Source: Acidobacteriota bacterium (GTDB taxonomy: Bacteria > Acidobacteriota > Terriglobia > Terriglobales > Acidobacteriaceae). From it: a stretch of 64,000 nt of DNA. Of the stretch, positions 46,428 through 56,748 are shown piece by piece. Under the pieces are notes generated by a model, which did not search any database, had not been told where the DNA came from, and worked only from the letters and a program-made list of their open reading frames with translations. The translations under genes and the position numbers were made by a program. The number at the start of each line of letters is the position of its first letter. The stretch's first letter is position 1. The DNA is taken from positions 297 to 64,296 of the forward strand of contig JAJZVX010000018.1 in NCBI GenBank assembly GCA_021846985.1, read 5' to 3'.

Positions 46428-47684
46428 TCACTCATATCTCAGTGCCTCGATCGGGTCCATGTTCGCCGCCTTCCATGCCGGGTAGATTCCGAACACGAGA
46501 CCAATCGCACACGCCACCAGGAACGAGATCGACACCCACACAATCGAAAGCGCCGCATGCAGGAACGTCACTGCGAAATGCAGAATCAGCGTAAGCACCG
46601 CGCCCGCCATAATGCCCAGCAGTCCGCCCACGCAGCACAGTGTAATGGCCTCGGTCGTGAACTGCACCAGAATGTTCCGCCTTGTCGCGCCAATCGCCTT
46701 CCGGATTCCGATCTCGCGCGTCCGTTCCGTCACGCTCACCAGCATGATATTCATCACACCAACGCCGCCCACAATCAGGCCCACGCTTGAAACCGCCACC
46801 ATGAAGAGAAACAGTCCGCCGGTCAACTGGTTCCAGAGCCGCGTCAGCGAGTCCGGTCCAAAGATCGCGAAATTGTCATCCTGGTTGCTGCGCAGGCCGC
46901 GCCGCGTCCGCAGCAGCTCGCGAACCTCTTCAGTCACCTGCGCCTTGTTCTTCGGATCGTCGTACTTCACTGCGATCCAGAAATCCATGATCTCTGGATG
47001 AATCTTGTGGAAAGTCTTCAACGGAAAGTACGCCGAGTTGTCCTGCGTGTTGCGTCCGCTGCCAAACGGCTGCGCCTGTTTGTCCAACACGCCAATCACG
47101 GTGAACACATCGCCGCCGCACTCCACGTCCTTGCCCAACGGCGACTCGTCCGGGAAGAGATCCTCGGCCGCGTCATTACCGAGCACAACCACGTCTGCGG
47201 CGCGTTCTTCCTCGCTCTCGGTCCACAGCCGGCCTTCCTTCAGCTGGATGTCATACGTATCCTTCACGGAGGAGGTATCGCCGTTCAGAATCGTATTCAT
47301 GATTTTGTATTTGCCGTGCTTCAGCGAAACATTTCCCAGTCCCACCTGGAAGTTCTGGTCCGTCAGTCCCGGATCCACCGCCGCCACGTGTGGCAGGCTG
47401 CGCATCGCAATTCCATCATCATAGGTCAACTGTTTGCGGTTCAGTTCTTCTGTCGTCGGCCGCTTGCCGAATGGCTCAAACCGGAAAACCCACAGATTGT
47501 TCGTGCCCAGCGTCGAAACAAAATTATTAATGTTCGTATTCAACCCATTGATGGCCGATGAAATCAAAATCACCGTGGAAATGCCAATCGAGATGCCGAG
47601 AATTGTCAACCCCGAGCGCAGCTTGTTCTTGCGCAGCGTATCCAGGGCCAGTTTTACCGATTCGCTTGAATGGCTGATTCCCAT
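46428..47684 (-). CDS. ABC transporter permease (MacB/FtsX family)
   Basis: LRSGLTILGISIG and VGGVGVMNIMLVSVTERTREIGIRKAIGA. Confidence 0.93.
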   Translation of the reverse strand: MGISHSSESVKLALDTLRKNKLRSGLTILGISIGISTVILISSAINGLNTNINNFVSTLGTNNLWVFRFEPFGKRPTTEELNRKQLTYDDGIAMRSLPHVAAVDPGLTDQNFQVGLGNVSLKHGKYKIMNTILNGDTSSVKDTYDIQLKEGRLWTESEEERAADVVVLGNDAAEDLFPDESPLGKDVECGGDVFTVIGVLDKQAQPFGSGRNTQDNSAYFPLKTFHKIHPEIMDFWIAVKYDDPKNKAQVTEEVRELLRTRRGLRSNQDDNFAIFGPDSLTRLWNQLTGGLFLFMVAVSSVGLIVGGVGVMNIMLVSVTERTREIGIRKAIGATRRNILVQFTTEAITLCCVGGLLGIMAGAVLTLILHFAVTFLHAALSIVWVSISFLVACAIGLVFGIYPAWKAANMDPIEALRYE

Positions 47685-47687
47685 CGC

Positions 47688-48914
47688 TTACATCTCCGCC
47701 CGCAGCGCCGTGATTGGATCAAGCCGCGCCGCTTTGCTTGCCGGATAAACGCCAAAGAAGACGCCCACCGCCAGTGCCACAAACAAGCCCACCAGCACCG
47801 ACCACAGCGCCACCTCCGACGGGAACGCGATCAGCAGCGTAATCACCTTCGCCGCGCCAATGCCCGCCGCCACGCCGATCACGCCGCCAGCCAGCGACAT
47901 CGTCGCGGACTCAATCAGAAATTGCAGCAGAATGTCGCTGCGCCGCGCCCCCAGCGCCTTGCGCACGCCAATTTCACGCGTTCGCTCCGTCACGCTCACC
48001 AGCATGATGTTCATAATCACAATGCCGCCCACCACCAGCGAAATGCCGGCAATCGCCGCAACTACCGCGCCAAAATTGTTCAGGATGTTTCCCAGCAGAT
48101 TCTGGAACGTCGAGCTCGTGTCAATTGAGAACGCATCCGGCTGCCCCGGCCGCAGGTGCCGCCGCGCGCGCATAATCGTTCGCAGTTGGTCCTCGACGTT
48201 CTCCATCACCAGCCCGCCGCCGCCCGCATTCACATAAATATCCAGCGAATCGTGCGCTCCGTACTGGGCCAAAAACGTCGTCAGCGGAATTGCCACCCAG
48301 TTGTCCATGCTGCGGCCCAGCATCTTGCCCTGCGCCTCGCCTACTCCAATCACCGTGTAGGGCGCGCCGTCCACGCGGATCTCTTTCCGCAGCGGATCTC
48401 CCGGGCCCAGCATATTGTCCACAATGTCGGCGCCCACAATCGCCACGTGCGCGCTGTGCTGGTCTTCAATCTCCGTAAACCCGCGTCCCAGCACAATGTT
48501 CAAATTCGAAATCGCAGGCATGGTCCACGTCCAGCCACGCACTTCGGTGTCCGTGGTCGAATTTCTTCCGTAAACCACCTTGCCCGTGGAAGTCCGCCGC
48601 GCTCCTACCGACGCGCATGTCCTGCACTCGTCCAGTACCGCCCGATAGTCGTCATATGTCACATCCCGCCGCTTCTGGAACGCCAAATACTCTTCCAGCG
48701 TGATGAACGTCTGCGGCATCTTGCTGATCGTCACCACGTCGGCGCCGTAGGCGTTCACTTTGCTGGTCACAAAGTCTTTTGCGCCGTTGGTTAGCGTGAC
48801 CACCATAATCACCGCAGCAACGCCAATTACCACGCCCAGCAGCGTCAAAATGCTCCGCATCTTGTTCGCCCACAAGGACTGCAATGCGAGTTTAAAAGCC
48901 TCAGCAAATTGCAT
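47688..48914 (-). CDS. ABC transporter permease (MacB/FtsX family)
   Basis: RSILTLLGVVIG and VGGIVIMNIMLVSVTERTREIGVRKALGA. Confidence 0.93.
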   Translation of the reverse strand: MQFAEAFKLALQSLWANKMRSILTLLGVVIGVAAVIMVVTLTNGAKDFVTSKVNAYGADVVTISKMPQTFITLEEYLAFQKRRDVTYDDYRAVLDECRTCASVGARRTSTGKVVYGRNSTTDTEVRGWTWTMPAISNLNIVLGRGFTEIEDQHSAHVAIVGADIVDNMLGPGDPLRKEIRVDGAPYTVIGVGEAQGKMLGRSMDNWVAIPLTTFLAQYGAHDSLDIYVNAGGGGLVMENVEDQLRTIMRARRHLRPGQPDAFSIDTSSTFQNLLGNILNNFGAVVAAIAGISLVVGGIVIMNIMLVSVTERTREIGVRKALGARRSDILLQFLIESATMSLAGGVIGVAAGIGAAKVITLLIAFPSEVALWSVLVGLFVALAVGVFFGVYPASKAARLDPITALRAEM

Positions 48915-49243
48915 GGTTCCGCTTTCTCCAGCGATTCCCCAAACCGGTGCCCAGTGCCATGCATCGGTCCCGGCCTCTCCAGTCTACGCAAAGCCCGGTC
49001 TTTCTATGGACGCGGTACCGCCCTCGCAAGCCGCGCCGGCGGCCGTTTCCCGTTTTCCGGCTCCCCATCAGGTACGCAGCCGCCCGCAGCCGCGTTCCGT
49101 GGCCCCGCTCCCTGGCCGCAACCCCTCTGGCACCTGCGATTTTCCGGAACCATCCGCTCCGCGCCGGCGTACCATACTGTGGCAGGTTTTTCCGCATTGG
49201 TTTTCGTACCGCATGAGGATTCCCTCGTCCCACCGGAGGCACA

Positions 49244-52200
49244 ATGACTCGCATCCGCACCCTGCTTGCGCTTGCCCTGCTTGCGCTCGGCATCGCTCGG
49301 CCCGCCCACCTTTCCGCCCAATCCTCCTCCGACCAGCCGCCGCTGCTGCTCGTCAATCCCTCGCTCAGCCAAAACAGCATCGCCTTCCGCTATGCCGACG
49401 ACATCTGGACCGTCAGCCGCCAGGGGGGTAACGCCGAGCGGCTCACCTCCAACGGCCATGTCGTCGCGGGGCCCTTCTACTCGCCCGACGGCGCCTCCAT
49501 CGCCTACTCCGCCCACCTGCTGGGCAACACCGACGTCTACGTCATCCCCGCCTCCGGCGGCGTGCCGCGGCGCATCACCTGGCACCCGGCCGGCAGCGTG
49601 GTTGTGGGCTGGTCGCCTGACGGCAAAGACGTCCTGATCGCCAGCGGCGCGCTCAGCTATCGCCATTTTCTGCGCCTCTTCCTTATTCATGCCGACGGCT
49701 CCGGCATGCCCGAGCCGCTGCCCCTGCCCGCCGGCGCCCAGGGCTCCTACTCCTCCGATGGCTCCCTGCTCGCCTACGAGCCCTTCACCAAGTGGCAGCC
49801 GGCCTGGAAACGCTATGCCGGCGGCCAGACCACGCCCATCTGGATTCTCAATCTCAAGACTCTCGACCTCGTCAAGGTCCCTCGCCAGAACTCGAACGAT
49901 TCCGATCCGGTCTGGTTCGGCACATCGGTCTACTTTCTCTCCGACCGTGGCAAAGACGGTCCGGGGCCTGTCTCGCTCTTCCGCTACGACACGGTCTCGT
50001 ACCAGGTGACCCAGGCCACGCCCAACACCCGCTTCGACCTCAAATCCGTCCAGGCCGGACCCGGCGCTCTCGTCTATGAGCAGTTCGGCTCCATTCACCT
50101 CTTCGACCCCGCCACCAGCGCCGACACTGTCGTCCCCATCCGTATCCACGGCGAGCTGCCAGAGCTCAGTCCGCATCTGGCCAACATTCCACCCGAAGAG
50201 ATCGTCAACGCCAACCTCTCGCCCGCCGGCGCCCGCGCCGTTTTCGAGGCTCACGGCGAAATCTTCACTGTCCCCGCTGAAAAAGGAGACATCCGCAACC
50301 TCACCCAAACTCCCGGAGCGGCCGAGCGCAACCCCTCCTGGAGCCCCGACGGCAAAACCGTCGCCTACTTTTCCGACGCCTCCGGCGAGTACCAGCTTTA
50401 CCTGCACGACCAGACCGGCTTCAAGCCGCCCGTGGTCATCGACCTCGGACCCGACCCCAGCTTCTTCTACAATCCCGTCTGGTCGCCCGACTCCAAACAC
50501 ATCGCCTATACCGACAAGCACCTCCGCATCTGGTACGTGGATGTGCCTTCCAAACCCGGCGAAATCGTCAGGCCCGTCCTTGTCGACAAGGGCATCTATG
50601 GCAGCTTCGGCGCCGACTTCGGCGTCGTCTGGTCGCCCGACTCGAAGTGGCTCGCCTATCAGCGTGACCTTGACAACCAGCTCAACGCCATCTTTCTCTA
50701 CTCGCTCGAAACCCATAAATTCGCCCAGGTCACAGACGGCATGAGCGACGCCTCCAGCCCCGTTTTCGATCCCAACGGCAAGTTTCTCTACTTCCTCGCC
50801 TCCACCGACGACGGTCCTTCGCGCGCCGGTATCGACCTCTCCTCACTCGACCGCGCCCAGACCTCCGCGCCTTACGTCGTAGTCCTGGCCAAAGACGGCG
50901 CTTCGCCCATCCCGCCCCAGAGCGACGACGAAAAGGTAAAGGAAGCCGCCAAGCCTGACGACAAGACCACCGCCAAAGACAGCAAGGACGCGGACAAGAA
51001 AGACGAAGCTTCCGGCGCAGGCGACAAGGGCAAGGAAAAAAAGGAGACCGAAAAGCCCGTCGAAGTCAAAGTCGATCTCGACGGAATCGGCAACCGCATC
51101 CTCTCCCTTCCCATCCCTGCCCGCAACTACGCCGGACTCACCGCAGGTAAGACCGGCGTCCTCTATCTTGCCGAAGCCTCACCCTTCGGCCGCTCCTCCA
51201 ACGAGGACGGAGGCCCCGGCATCCGCGCCCTCTGGCGCTTCACCCTTGAAAAGCGTACCCCTGAGATGGTCCTCGGCGACCTCGACAACTTCATCGTCTC
51301 CGCCGACGGGTCCAAGGTTCTCTACCAGCGCCACAATACCTGGACCATCGCCCCGGCCGACGAGCTCAAGCCTGGCAGCGGCTCGCCCGGCAAGCCCCTC
51401 AACCTCGCCGGACTCGAAGCCGTCGTCGATCCCCGCGCCGAATGGCGTCAGATGTACTACGAGACCTGGCGCATCGAGCGCGACTTCCTCTACGACCCCC
51501 ACACCCACGGCCTCTCCATTCCCAAAATCGAGGCCCGCTACAAGCCCTACCTCGCCGGACTCGCCTCCCGCTCGGAGTTCACCTATCTCTCCACTGAGAT
51601 GCTGGGCGAAATCACCATCGGCCACATGTTCATCCGCGGCCCGCGTCTTCCCGAGCACAGCCCCAAAACCGGCCTCCTCGGCGCCGACTACACCATCGAG
51701 AACGGCCGCTATCGCATCGTGAAGATCCTCGGCGGACAGAACTGGACCCCCGGCCTGGCCTCGCCCCTCACCCTCCCCGGCGTCTACGTCAAGGAGGGCG
51801 AGTACCTGCTCGCCGTCAACGGCCGCGAGCTTCACGCTGCCGGCAACCTCTACGAATTCTTCGACGGCACCGCCGGCAAGCAGACCGTCATCCGCGTCGG
51901 TCCCAACCCCGACGGGAAAGACGCCCGTGATGTCACCGTCGTCCCCATCGCCGATGAGGACAGCCTCCGCAACATCGACTGGATCGAGGCCAACCGCCGC
52001 AAAGTCGATCAGCTCTCCGGCGGCAGGGTGGCTTACGTCTACATGCCCAACACCGCCGGTGCAGGCTACGACAGCTTCAACCGCTACTTCTACGCCCAGC
52101 TCGACAAACAGGCCCTCGTCCTCGACGAGCGCTGGAACGAGGGTGGCTACATCGCCGACTACATCGTCGATACCCTCAAGCGTGTCCCGCTCTCCGGCGC

Positions 52201-52648
52201 CATCGAGCGCGACGGCAAGCCCATCCACGACCCCGTCGGCGCCATCTTTGGTCCGAAGGTCATGCTCATCAACCAGAACTCCGGCTCTGGCGGCGACTGC
52301 ATGCCCTGGTACTTCCGCAAGGCAGGCATCGGCCAGCTTGTTGGCACCCGCACATGGGGCGGCCTCGTCGGCATCGGCGGCTACCCCTCCCTGCTCGACG
52401 GCGGCAGCGTCACCGCGCCCCGCTATGCCATCTACGGCCTCCATGGCCAGTGGGAAGTCGAAAACCACGGCATCGCCCCCGACGTCGATGTCCAGATACT
52501 CCCCAAGGATTTCATGAACGGCCATGACCTCCAGCTTGAAACCGGCGTCAAGATGGTCCTCGACCAGCTCCAGGCCCATCCCATTCCCGCCATCCCCATC
52601 CCGCCCTATCCCAACTACCACAAGAACGACGGCCTCGGACTCCCGTAA
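49244..52648 (+). CDS. Tricorn protease homologue (S41, PD40 propellers plus PDZ), secreted
   Basis: Signal peptide; repeated WSPD motifs, DERWNEGG, SGSGGD and RTWGG. Confidence 0.93.
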   Translation: MTRIRTLLALALLALGIARPAHLSAQSSSDQPPLLLVNPSLSQNSIAFRYADDIWTVSRQGGNAERLTSNGHVVAGPFYSPDGASIAYSAHLLGNTDVYVIPASGGVPRRITWHPAGSVVVGWSPDGKDVLIASGALSYRHFLRLFLIHADGSGMPEPLPLPAGAQGSYSSDGSLLAYEPFTKWQPAWKRYAGGQTTPIWILNLKTLDLVKVPRQNSNDSDPVWFGTSVYFLSDRGKDGPGPVSLFRYDTVSYQVTQATPNTRFDLKSVQAGPGALVYEQFGSIHLFDPATSADTVVPIRIHGELPELSPHLANIPPEEIVNANLSPAGARAVFEAHGEIFTVPAEKGDIRNLTQTPGAAERNPSWSPDGKTVAYFSDASGEYQLYLHDQTGFKPPVVIDLGPDPSFFYNPVWSPDSKHIAYTDKHLRIWYVDVPSKPGEIVRPVLVDKGIYGSFGADFGVVWSPDSKWLAYQRDLDNQLNAIFLYSLETHKFAQVTDGMSDASSPVFDPNGKFLYFLASTDDGPSRAGIDLSSLDRAQTSAPYVVVLAKDGASPIPPQSDDEKVKEAAKPDDKTTAKDSKDADKKDEASGAGDKGKEKKETEKPVEVKVDLDGIGNRILSLPIPARNYAGLTAGKTGVLYLAEASPFGRSSNEDGGPGIRALWRFTLEKRTPEMVLGDLDNFIVSADGSKVLYQRHNTWTIAPADELKPGSGSPGKPLNLAGLEAVVDPRAEWRQMYYETWRIERDFLYDPHTHGLSIPKIEARYKPYLAGLASRSEFTYLSTEMLGEITIGHMFIRGPRLPEHSPKTGLLGADYTIENGRYRIVKILGGQNWTPGLASPLTLPGVYVKEGEYLLAVNGRELHAAGNLYEFFDGTAGKQTVIRVGPNPDGKDARDVTVVPIADEDSLRNIDWIEANRRKVDQLSGGRVAYVYMPNTAGAGYDSFNRYFYAQLDKQALVLDERWNEGGYIADYIVDTLKRVPLSGAIERDGKPIHDPVGAIFGPKVMLINQNSGSGGDCMPWYFRKAGIGQLVGTRTWGGLVGIGGYPSLLDGGSVTAPRYAIYGLHGQWEVENHGIAPDVDVQILPKDFMNGHDLQLETGVKMVLDQLQAHPIPAIPIPPYPNYHKNDGLGLP

Positions 52649-52664
52649 CTCACCCGCACACGGC

Positions 52665-52695
52665 AAAGGGCGCGCCCTCCTTCGGCGCGCCCTTT
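52665..52695 (+). terminator. Intrinsic terminator after the tricorn gene
   Basis: AAAGGGCGCGCC-ctccttc-GGCGCGCCCTTT. Confidence 0.75.
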
Positions 52696-53001
52696 CCGTC
52701 TTCCTCTCTCGCCACGCACGGTCACTCTGAACCGCGCGGATGCCCCACCTCACAGCCGGATCGAAAACCGGGCCGGAAGCCGCATCCCTCCACCATCCAT
52801 ACCCGTCCCATGACCCGCCCCACCTGCGGCTGATTGATCTCCAGAAACGCCCGCCCCTCGGCTGTCAACCAGCTTGGCGAAGCTTTGAACAACGCGTAGC
52901 TCTGAAAGGCCCCGCTCGAGTCGGGCTGTAACGTCACCCCGAGAAGCGAAGCTATAGCCCGCGAGCGAAGCTCCAAGATCTGAATCGGAGCCTTCCTAAT
53001 C

Positions 53002-54255
53002 CTAATACTGTTGCTGGAACTCCGGCGCCACCGGGTTCTCAAACAGCGAAGCCTCCCGCGTCACGATTGTCAGCCCCGACGGCGTCACAAAGTACCGCCG
53101 CTTGTCTTCCACCGGATCGTACCCTATCACCGTCCCCTCCGGAATGTGTACGTGCCGGTCGATGATCGCCCGCCTGATCCGGCAATGCCGCCCGATATTA
53201 ACGTGCGAAAAAATGATGCTCGAGTCCACGTTCGAGTAGGAGTTCACCCGCACGTCCTGCGACAGCACCGAGTTCGACACCGACGCGCCCGATATAATCA
53301 CACCTGCCGTAATCACAGAGTTCACCGCCATACCCGACCGGCCTGGCTCGCCAAATACAAACTTGGCCGGCGGATACTGCCGCACCCGCGTCCGGATCGG
53401 CCAGTTCTTGTCGTACAGGTTGAACACCGGCGACACCGAGCACAGGTCCATGTTGGCGTCGTAGTAGGCGTCCAGCGTCCCTACGTCCCGCCAGTAGAGC
53501 GCCTGCTTCTTGTTCTCGTCCACAAAGCTATAGGCCATCATCTTCCTCTTGCCCAGCAGATTGGGCAGGATGTTGTGGCCAAAATCGTGCCGCGAGGTCG
53601 CGTCTTCCGCGTCGGCAATCAGCGCCTTCAACAGCACCTCGGTGTTAAAAATGTATACGCCCATCGACGCATCCACCGCGTTCGGATCCACGTGCGACCG
53701 GATCGAAGTTGTCGCCGGCTTCTCCTGGAAGCCCAGCACCTCGCCCTCCCGGTCCACCTCCACCACCCCGAACTGCCTCACCTCTTCCGGCGAAATGGGC
53801 AGCGTCGCCAGCGTCACCTCCGCGGATGATTCCTTGTGGTACTCCAGCATCCGGCTGTAGTTCATCTTGTAGATATGGTCGCCGCTCAGGATGATGACGT
53901 GCTTGGGCTGCTCGCTCCCGATCGAATAGATATTTTGATACACGGCGTCCGCCGTCCCCATGTACCAGTTCGACCCCGTCCGCTGCATCGGCGGCATCAG
54001 TTCCACAAACTCGCCCAGTTCCTGCGCCACAATCCCCGTCCACCCCTCGCGGATGTGACGGTTCAGACTCAGCGCCTTGTACTGCGTCAGGATGTAGACC
54101 TTCCGCAATCCCGAATTGATGCAGTTCGACAGCGTGATGTCAATAATCCGGTAGTGCCCTCCAAACGGCACCGCTGGCTTCGCCCTGTCGCGCGTTAACG
54201 GAAAGAGCCGTTCTCCGGCTCCGCCTGCCAACAGCACTCCGAGAGTGTCTCTCAT
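53002..54255 (-). CDS. glgC: Glucose-1-phosphate adenylyltransferase
   Basis: LAGGAGERLFPLTRDRAKPAV, WYMGTADAV, SGDHIY, FQEKP and YWRDVGT; ATG 54255. Confidence 0.96.
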   Translation of the reverse strand: MRDTLGVLLAGGAGERLFPLTRDRAKPAVPFGGHYRIIDITLSNCINSGLRKVYILTQYKALSLNRHIREGWTGIVAQELGEFVELMPPMQRTGSNWYMGTADAVYQNIYSIGSEQPKHVIILSGDHIYKMNYSRMLEYHKESSAEVTLATLPISPEEVRQFGVVEVDREGEVLGFQEKPATTSIRSHVDPNAVDASMGVYIFNTEVLLKALIADAEDATSRHDFGHNILPNLLGKRKMMAYSFVDENKKQALYWRDVGTLDAYYDANMDLCSVSPVFNLYDKNWPIRTRVRQYPPAKFVFGEPGRSGMAVNSVITAGVIISGASVSNSVLSQDVRVNSYSNVDSSIIFSHVNIGRHCRIRRAIIDRHVHIPEGTVIGYDPVEDKRRYFVTPSGLTIVTREASLFENPVAPEFQQQY

Positions 54256-54485
54256 ATCGTGGGACCTCGTCTTTGCAGCTTTTGCCGCCCCTGCCGCGCC
54301 AGGCTCCACCAAGGCGTACCGTCAAGCGGGACTTCATCCCTCCGGTTGCCCCATCCCTCCAGGCGCTTCCGAACGCAGGAGAATATCACAGTTCAATCAA
54401 CCATGGTCCTGCCGCGCCGCAATCCCGCCGCAGGACACAGGCCGCCCTCTGCCGCGACAGACCTGCTTTGCTGCTGCGTCCTGGC

Positions 54486-55205
54486 TTACCGCTTCTTTTG
54501 GAACTTGTATTCCATCCCCACGGAGATGGCAAAGTTGATGTCGTACTGGGTAATCTTGGCGCCGTAGTTCGTCCCGTAATGGGTCAGGATCGCATCCGGC
54601 GTCACCCGGAAGACCCACCGCGCCGACCGGTTCAGATCCACGTGCCCGCCGATAATCTCCACCGGCGAAACCTGGTTGTTATAGAACCCCACCGCCTGCA
54701 CCGGGTTGGGAACCAGTGTCGAGGGGTGCAGATCGCCCTCGAAAATTCCGTAAATCCCGCCCACCAGCACATGCGCCATCAGGTCGCCGTGCTTGTTGTG
54801 CGGTCCCAGCCACTCCGGACCCGCCGCAAAAATGTACTCCTGCAGAAACGGACCCCGCACGCCCATGATGTTCGGCGCCGCGCCGCTCGTCCCAAGGTAG
54901 CCACGGCCCGTTGCTTCCACAGCCCAATGCTTCAGCAGCCACATGGATCCGGAAATATCCAGTCCCCCCAGGTTGGCGCCCTGTAGCAGGTTCGGGCCTG
55001 CCTTCATGTGCCGGTACGCCATACCCACCGAGAGATCGTAGCGGTTGTCGTACCGCACCCCCGCCAGCGGGTCGCTCGGTACATAGTTGGCCGTGTTCAG
55101 AACGCTTGAGCTGCTGCTTTGGGCCAGCGCGCGGCTGCCCACGCACACGGCCAATACGGCTACGGCGGCTAGAGAGGCAAAAAATCGTACTTGAGGGCGC
55201 ATCAT
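54486..55205 (-). CDS. Outer-membrane beta-barrel-like exported protein
   Basis: Signal peptide, amphipathic beta strands, terminal ...SVGMEYKF. Confidence 0.7.
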   Translation of the reverse strand: MMRPQVRFFASLAAVAVLAVCVGSRALAQSSSSSVLNTANYVPSDPLAGVRYDNRYDLSVGMAYRHMKAGPNLLQGANLGGLDISGSMWLLKHWAVEATGRGYLGTSGAAPNIMGVRGPFLQEYIFAAGPEWLGPHNKHGDLMAHVLVGGIYGIFEGDLHPSTLVPNPVQAVGFYNNQVSPVEIIGGHVDLNRSARWVFRVTPDAILTHYGTNYGAKITQYDINFAISVGMEYKFQKKR

Positions 55206-55375
55206 CCATCAGCTTACAGGACCACGCCAAACTCCCACAATCCGCCCTGCCCGCCTTTTTCGCTCCGCGCGCCCGCCTGGCCCCATCCGGCGCCGTTCAG
55301 GCCGTCCGGCCTCTCCTCGCGGAAGCGCCGCCGCTGCCCGTCGCGTAGGAAATGGCGCAAACCCTCCAGCCGCGC

Positions 55376-56086
55376 CTACGGCCCGCATCGCTCTGTCTGC
55401 CGCGTCCATGCCAGGTACCGCGCCGTCTTCAGCGTCTCCAGCGCCGCGCCTGCCGCCCGGCGCCATCCCGGCTCCGCCTCCAGTGGCGGTGCCGCGTGTG
55501 TCCGCCACAGCAGCCCCGTCCGGCAAAGAATCAGACCTACCCGCGGCAGGTGCTCCCCTTCGCTCACCACCTCCGCCGACCGCCAGCCGTGCGCCCGCAT
55601 CAGCCGCTCCGTGTAGCACACATTCTGGATCGTGTCCTTTGACCGGCCTTCCACCAACACCGCCCCCGCTGGAATCCCCTCAGCCTCGGCCGCTCGCGCC
55701 ATCACCTCCGCCTCCACGAAGCGGTTGTGCGCCGCGCCGCCGCTCATCACCAGCCGCGGCGCCACCCCCCGCTCGTACTCCCGCACCGCTTCGTTCACCC
55801 GCGCCAGTTCCGCTGCCGTCGGATTCCCGTCGGCGTCCGCCGGCGTCCCCAGCACTACAATCGCATCAAACCGCCCCCGCTCTGTATTCCCCGCCGGCGC
55901 CAGCCGCCGCGCCGCCGCTCCCCACGTCAGTAGCCCCGCCGCCACGGCCGCCAACCCCAGCGCCAGCCAACCCCGCCAGTTCAATCGCGACCGCCCCCGC
56001 GTCCCCCGGACAAGACCGTGTCTCCCCGGCCGGTTCACCGTCCGCCTTCGTACTGGCCGCTGCACCGTCAACCCCCCACCTCCCAC
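55376..56086 (-). CDS. YdcF/DUF218 (ElyC/SanA-like) protein (start uncertain)
   Basis: AIVVLG, LVMSGG, EAEVM, SKDTIQN, VVSEGEHLPR. Confidence 0.85.
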   Translation of the reverse strand: MGGGGLTVQRPVRRRTVNRPGRHGLVRGTRGRSRLNWRGWLALGLAAVAAGLLTWGAAARRLAPAGNTERGRFDAIVVLGTPADADGNPTAAELARVNEAVREYERGVAPRLVMSGGAAHNRFVEAEVMARAAEAEGIPAGAVLVEGRSKDTIQNVCYTERLMRAHGWRSAEVVSEGEHLPRVGLILCRTGLLWRTHAAPPLEAEPGWRRAAGAALETLKTARYLAWTRQTERCGP

Positions 56087-56214
56087 TCCACTCTACCGCG
56101 TACGCTTGCGCCCAAATCACAGCGGCCGGCATTGCACCCCATCTGTCTCCGGAATCACAAAACTTGCCCGGCTGGGTCGAAAAACAAAGCCGCGGCCCTG
56201 TTTTTCATCAACCT

Positions 56215-56258
56215 TTTTAGCCCCTGAGGGAATTTGTGGCCCAACAGGCCTGCGAGAA
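56215..56258. repeat. Partial REP-like unit related to 44860-44982
   Basis: TTTAGCCCCTGAGGGA resembles 44940-44954, and ACAGGCCTGCGAGAA is the reverse complement of about 44968-44981 with one indel. Confidence 0.35.
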
Positions 56259-56748
56259 GGACTTTTCAACAAGTTCCGAAGTGCATCAGGCCTGAGTCCA
56301 TGGATTCCAAGTCTGTGGCAAATCGATATTGGACCAGCAGGAGAAAGAATTGCCCTGCGCAAACACAGCCTGAGTACAGAAAGACTGGCCTCTTGTGCGA
56401 ATGATCAGATTGCAGTCCATACTCGTTCGATCAAGCAGTACGCCATTGGGCGCCTGTGACTGGATCATCACAAGGGGCAGCATCCCCACGCAGGCAGAGA
56501 GAGCATCTGACCCCAGCCTCCAGCTCACCCGCCTTTACAATACAAAATATTCGGTATCGGCGTGGCGCAATACACACGGCTCCCAGCCAGTAATGCGGAG
56601 ATCCTCCCGGTCTGCACCCGCGAACAGCACCCCTACCCCCAGCCTCCCTTAAAACTGCCGTTCCACGTCTCGACTCCGGCGCGTTTAAACTGAGCGAGAT
56701 GAGGCGGCATTGCTCTGCCAGCACCCGCCTACCGGATTGGAGTCTTCC

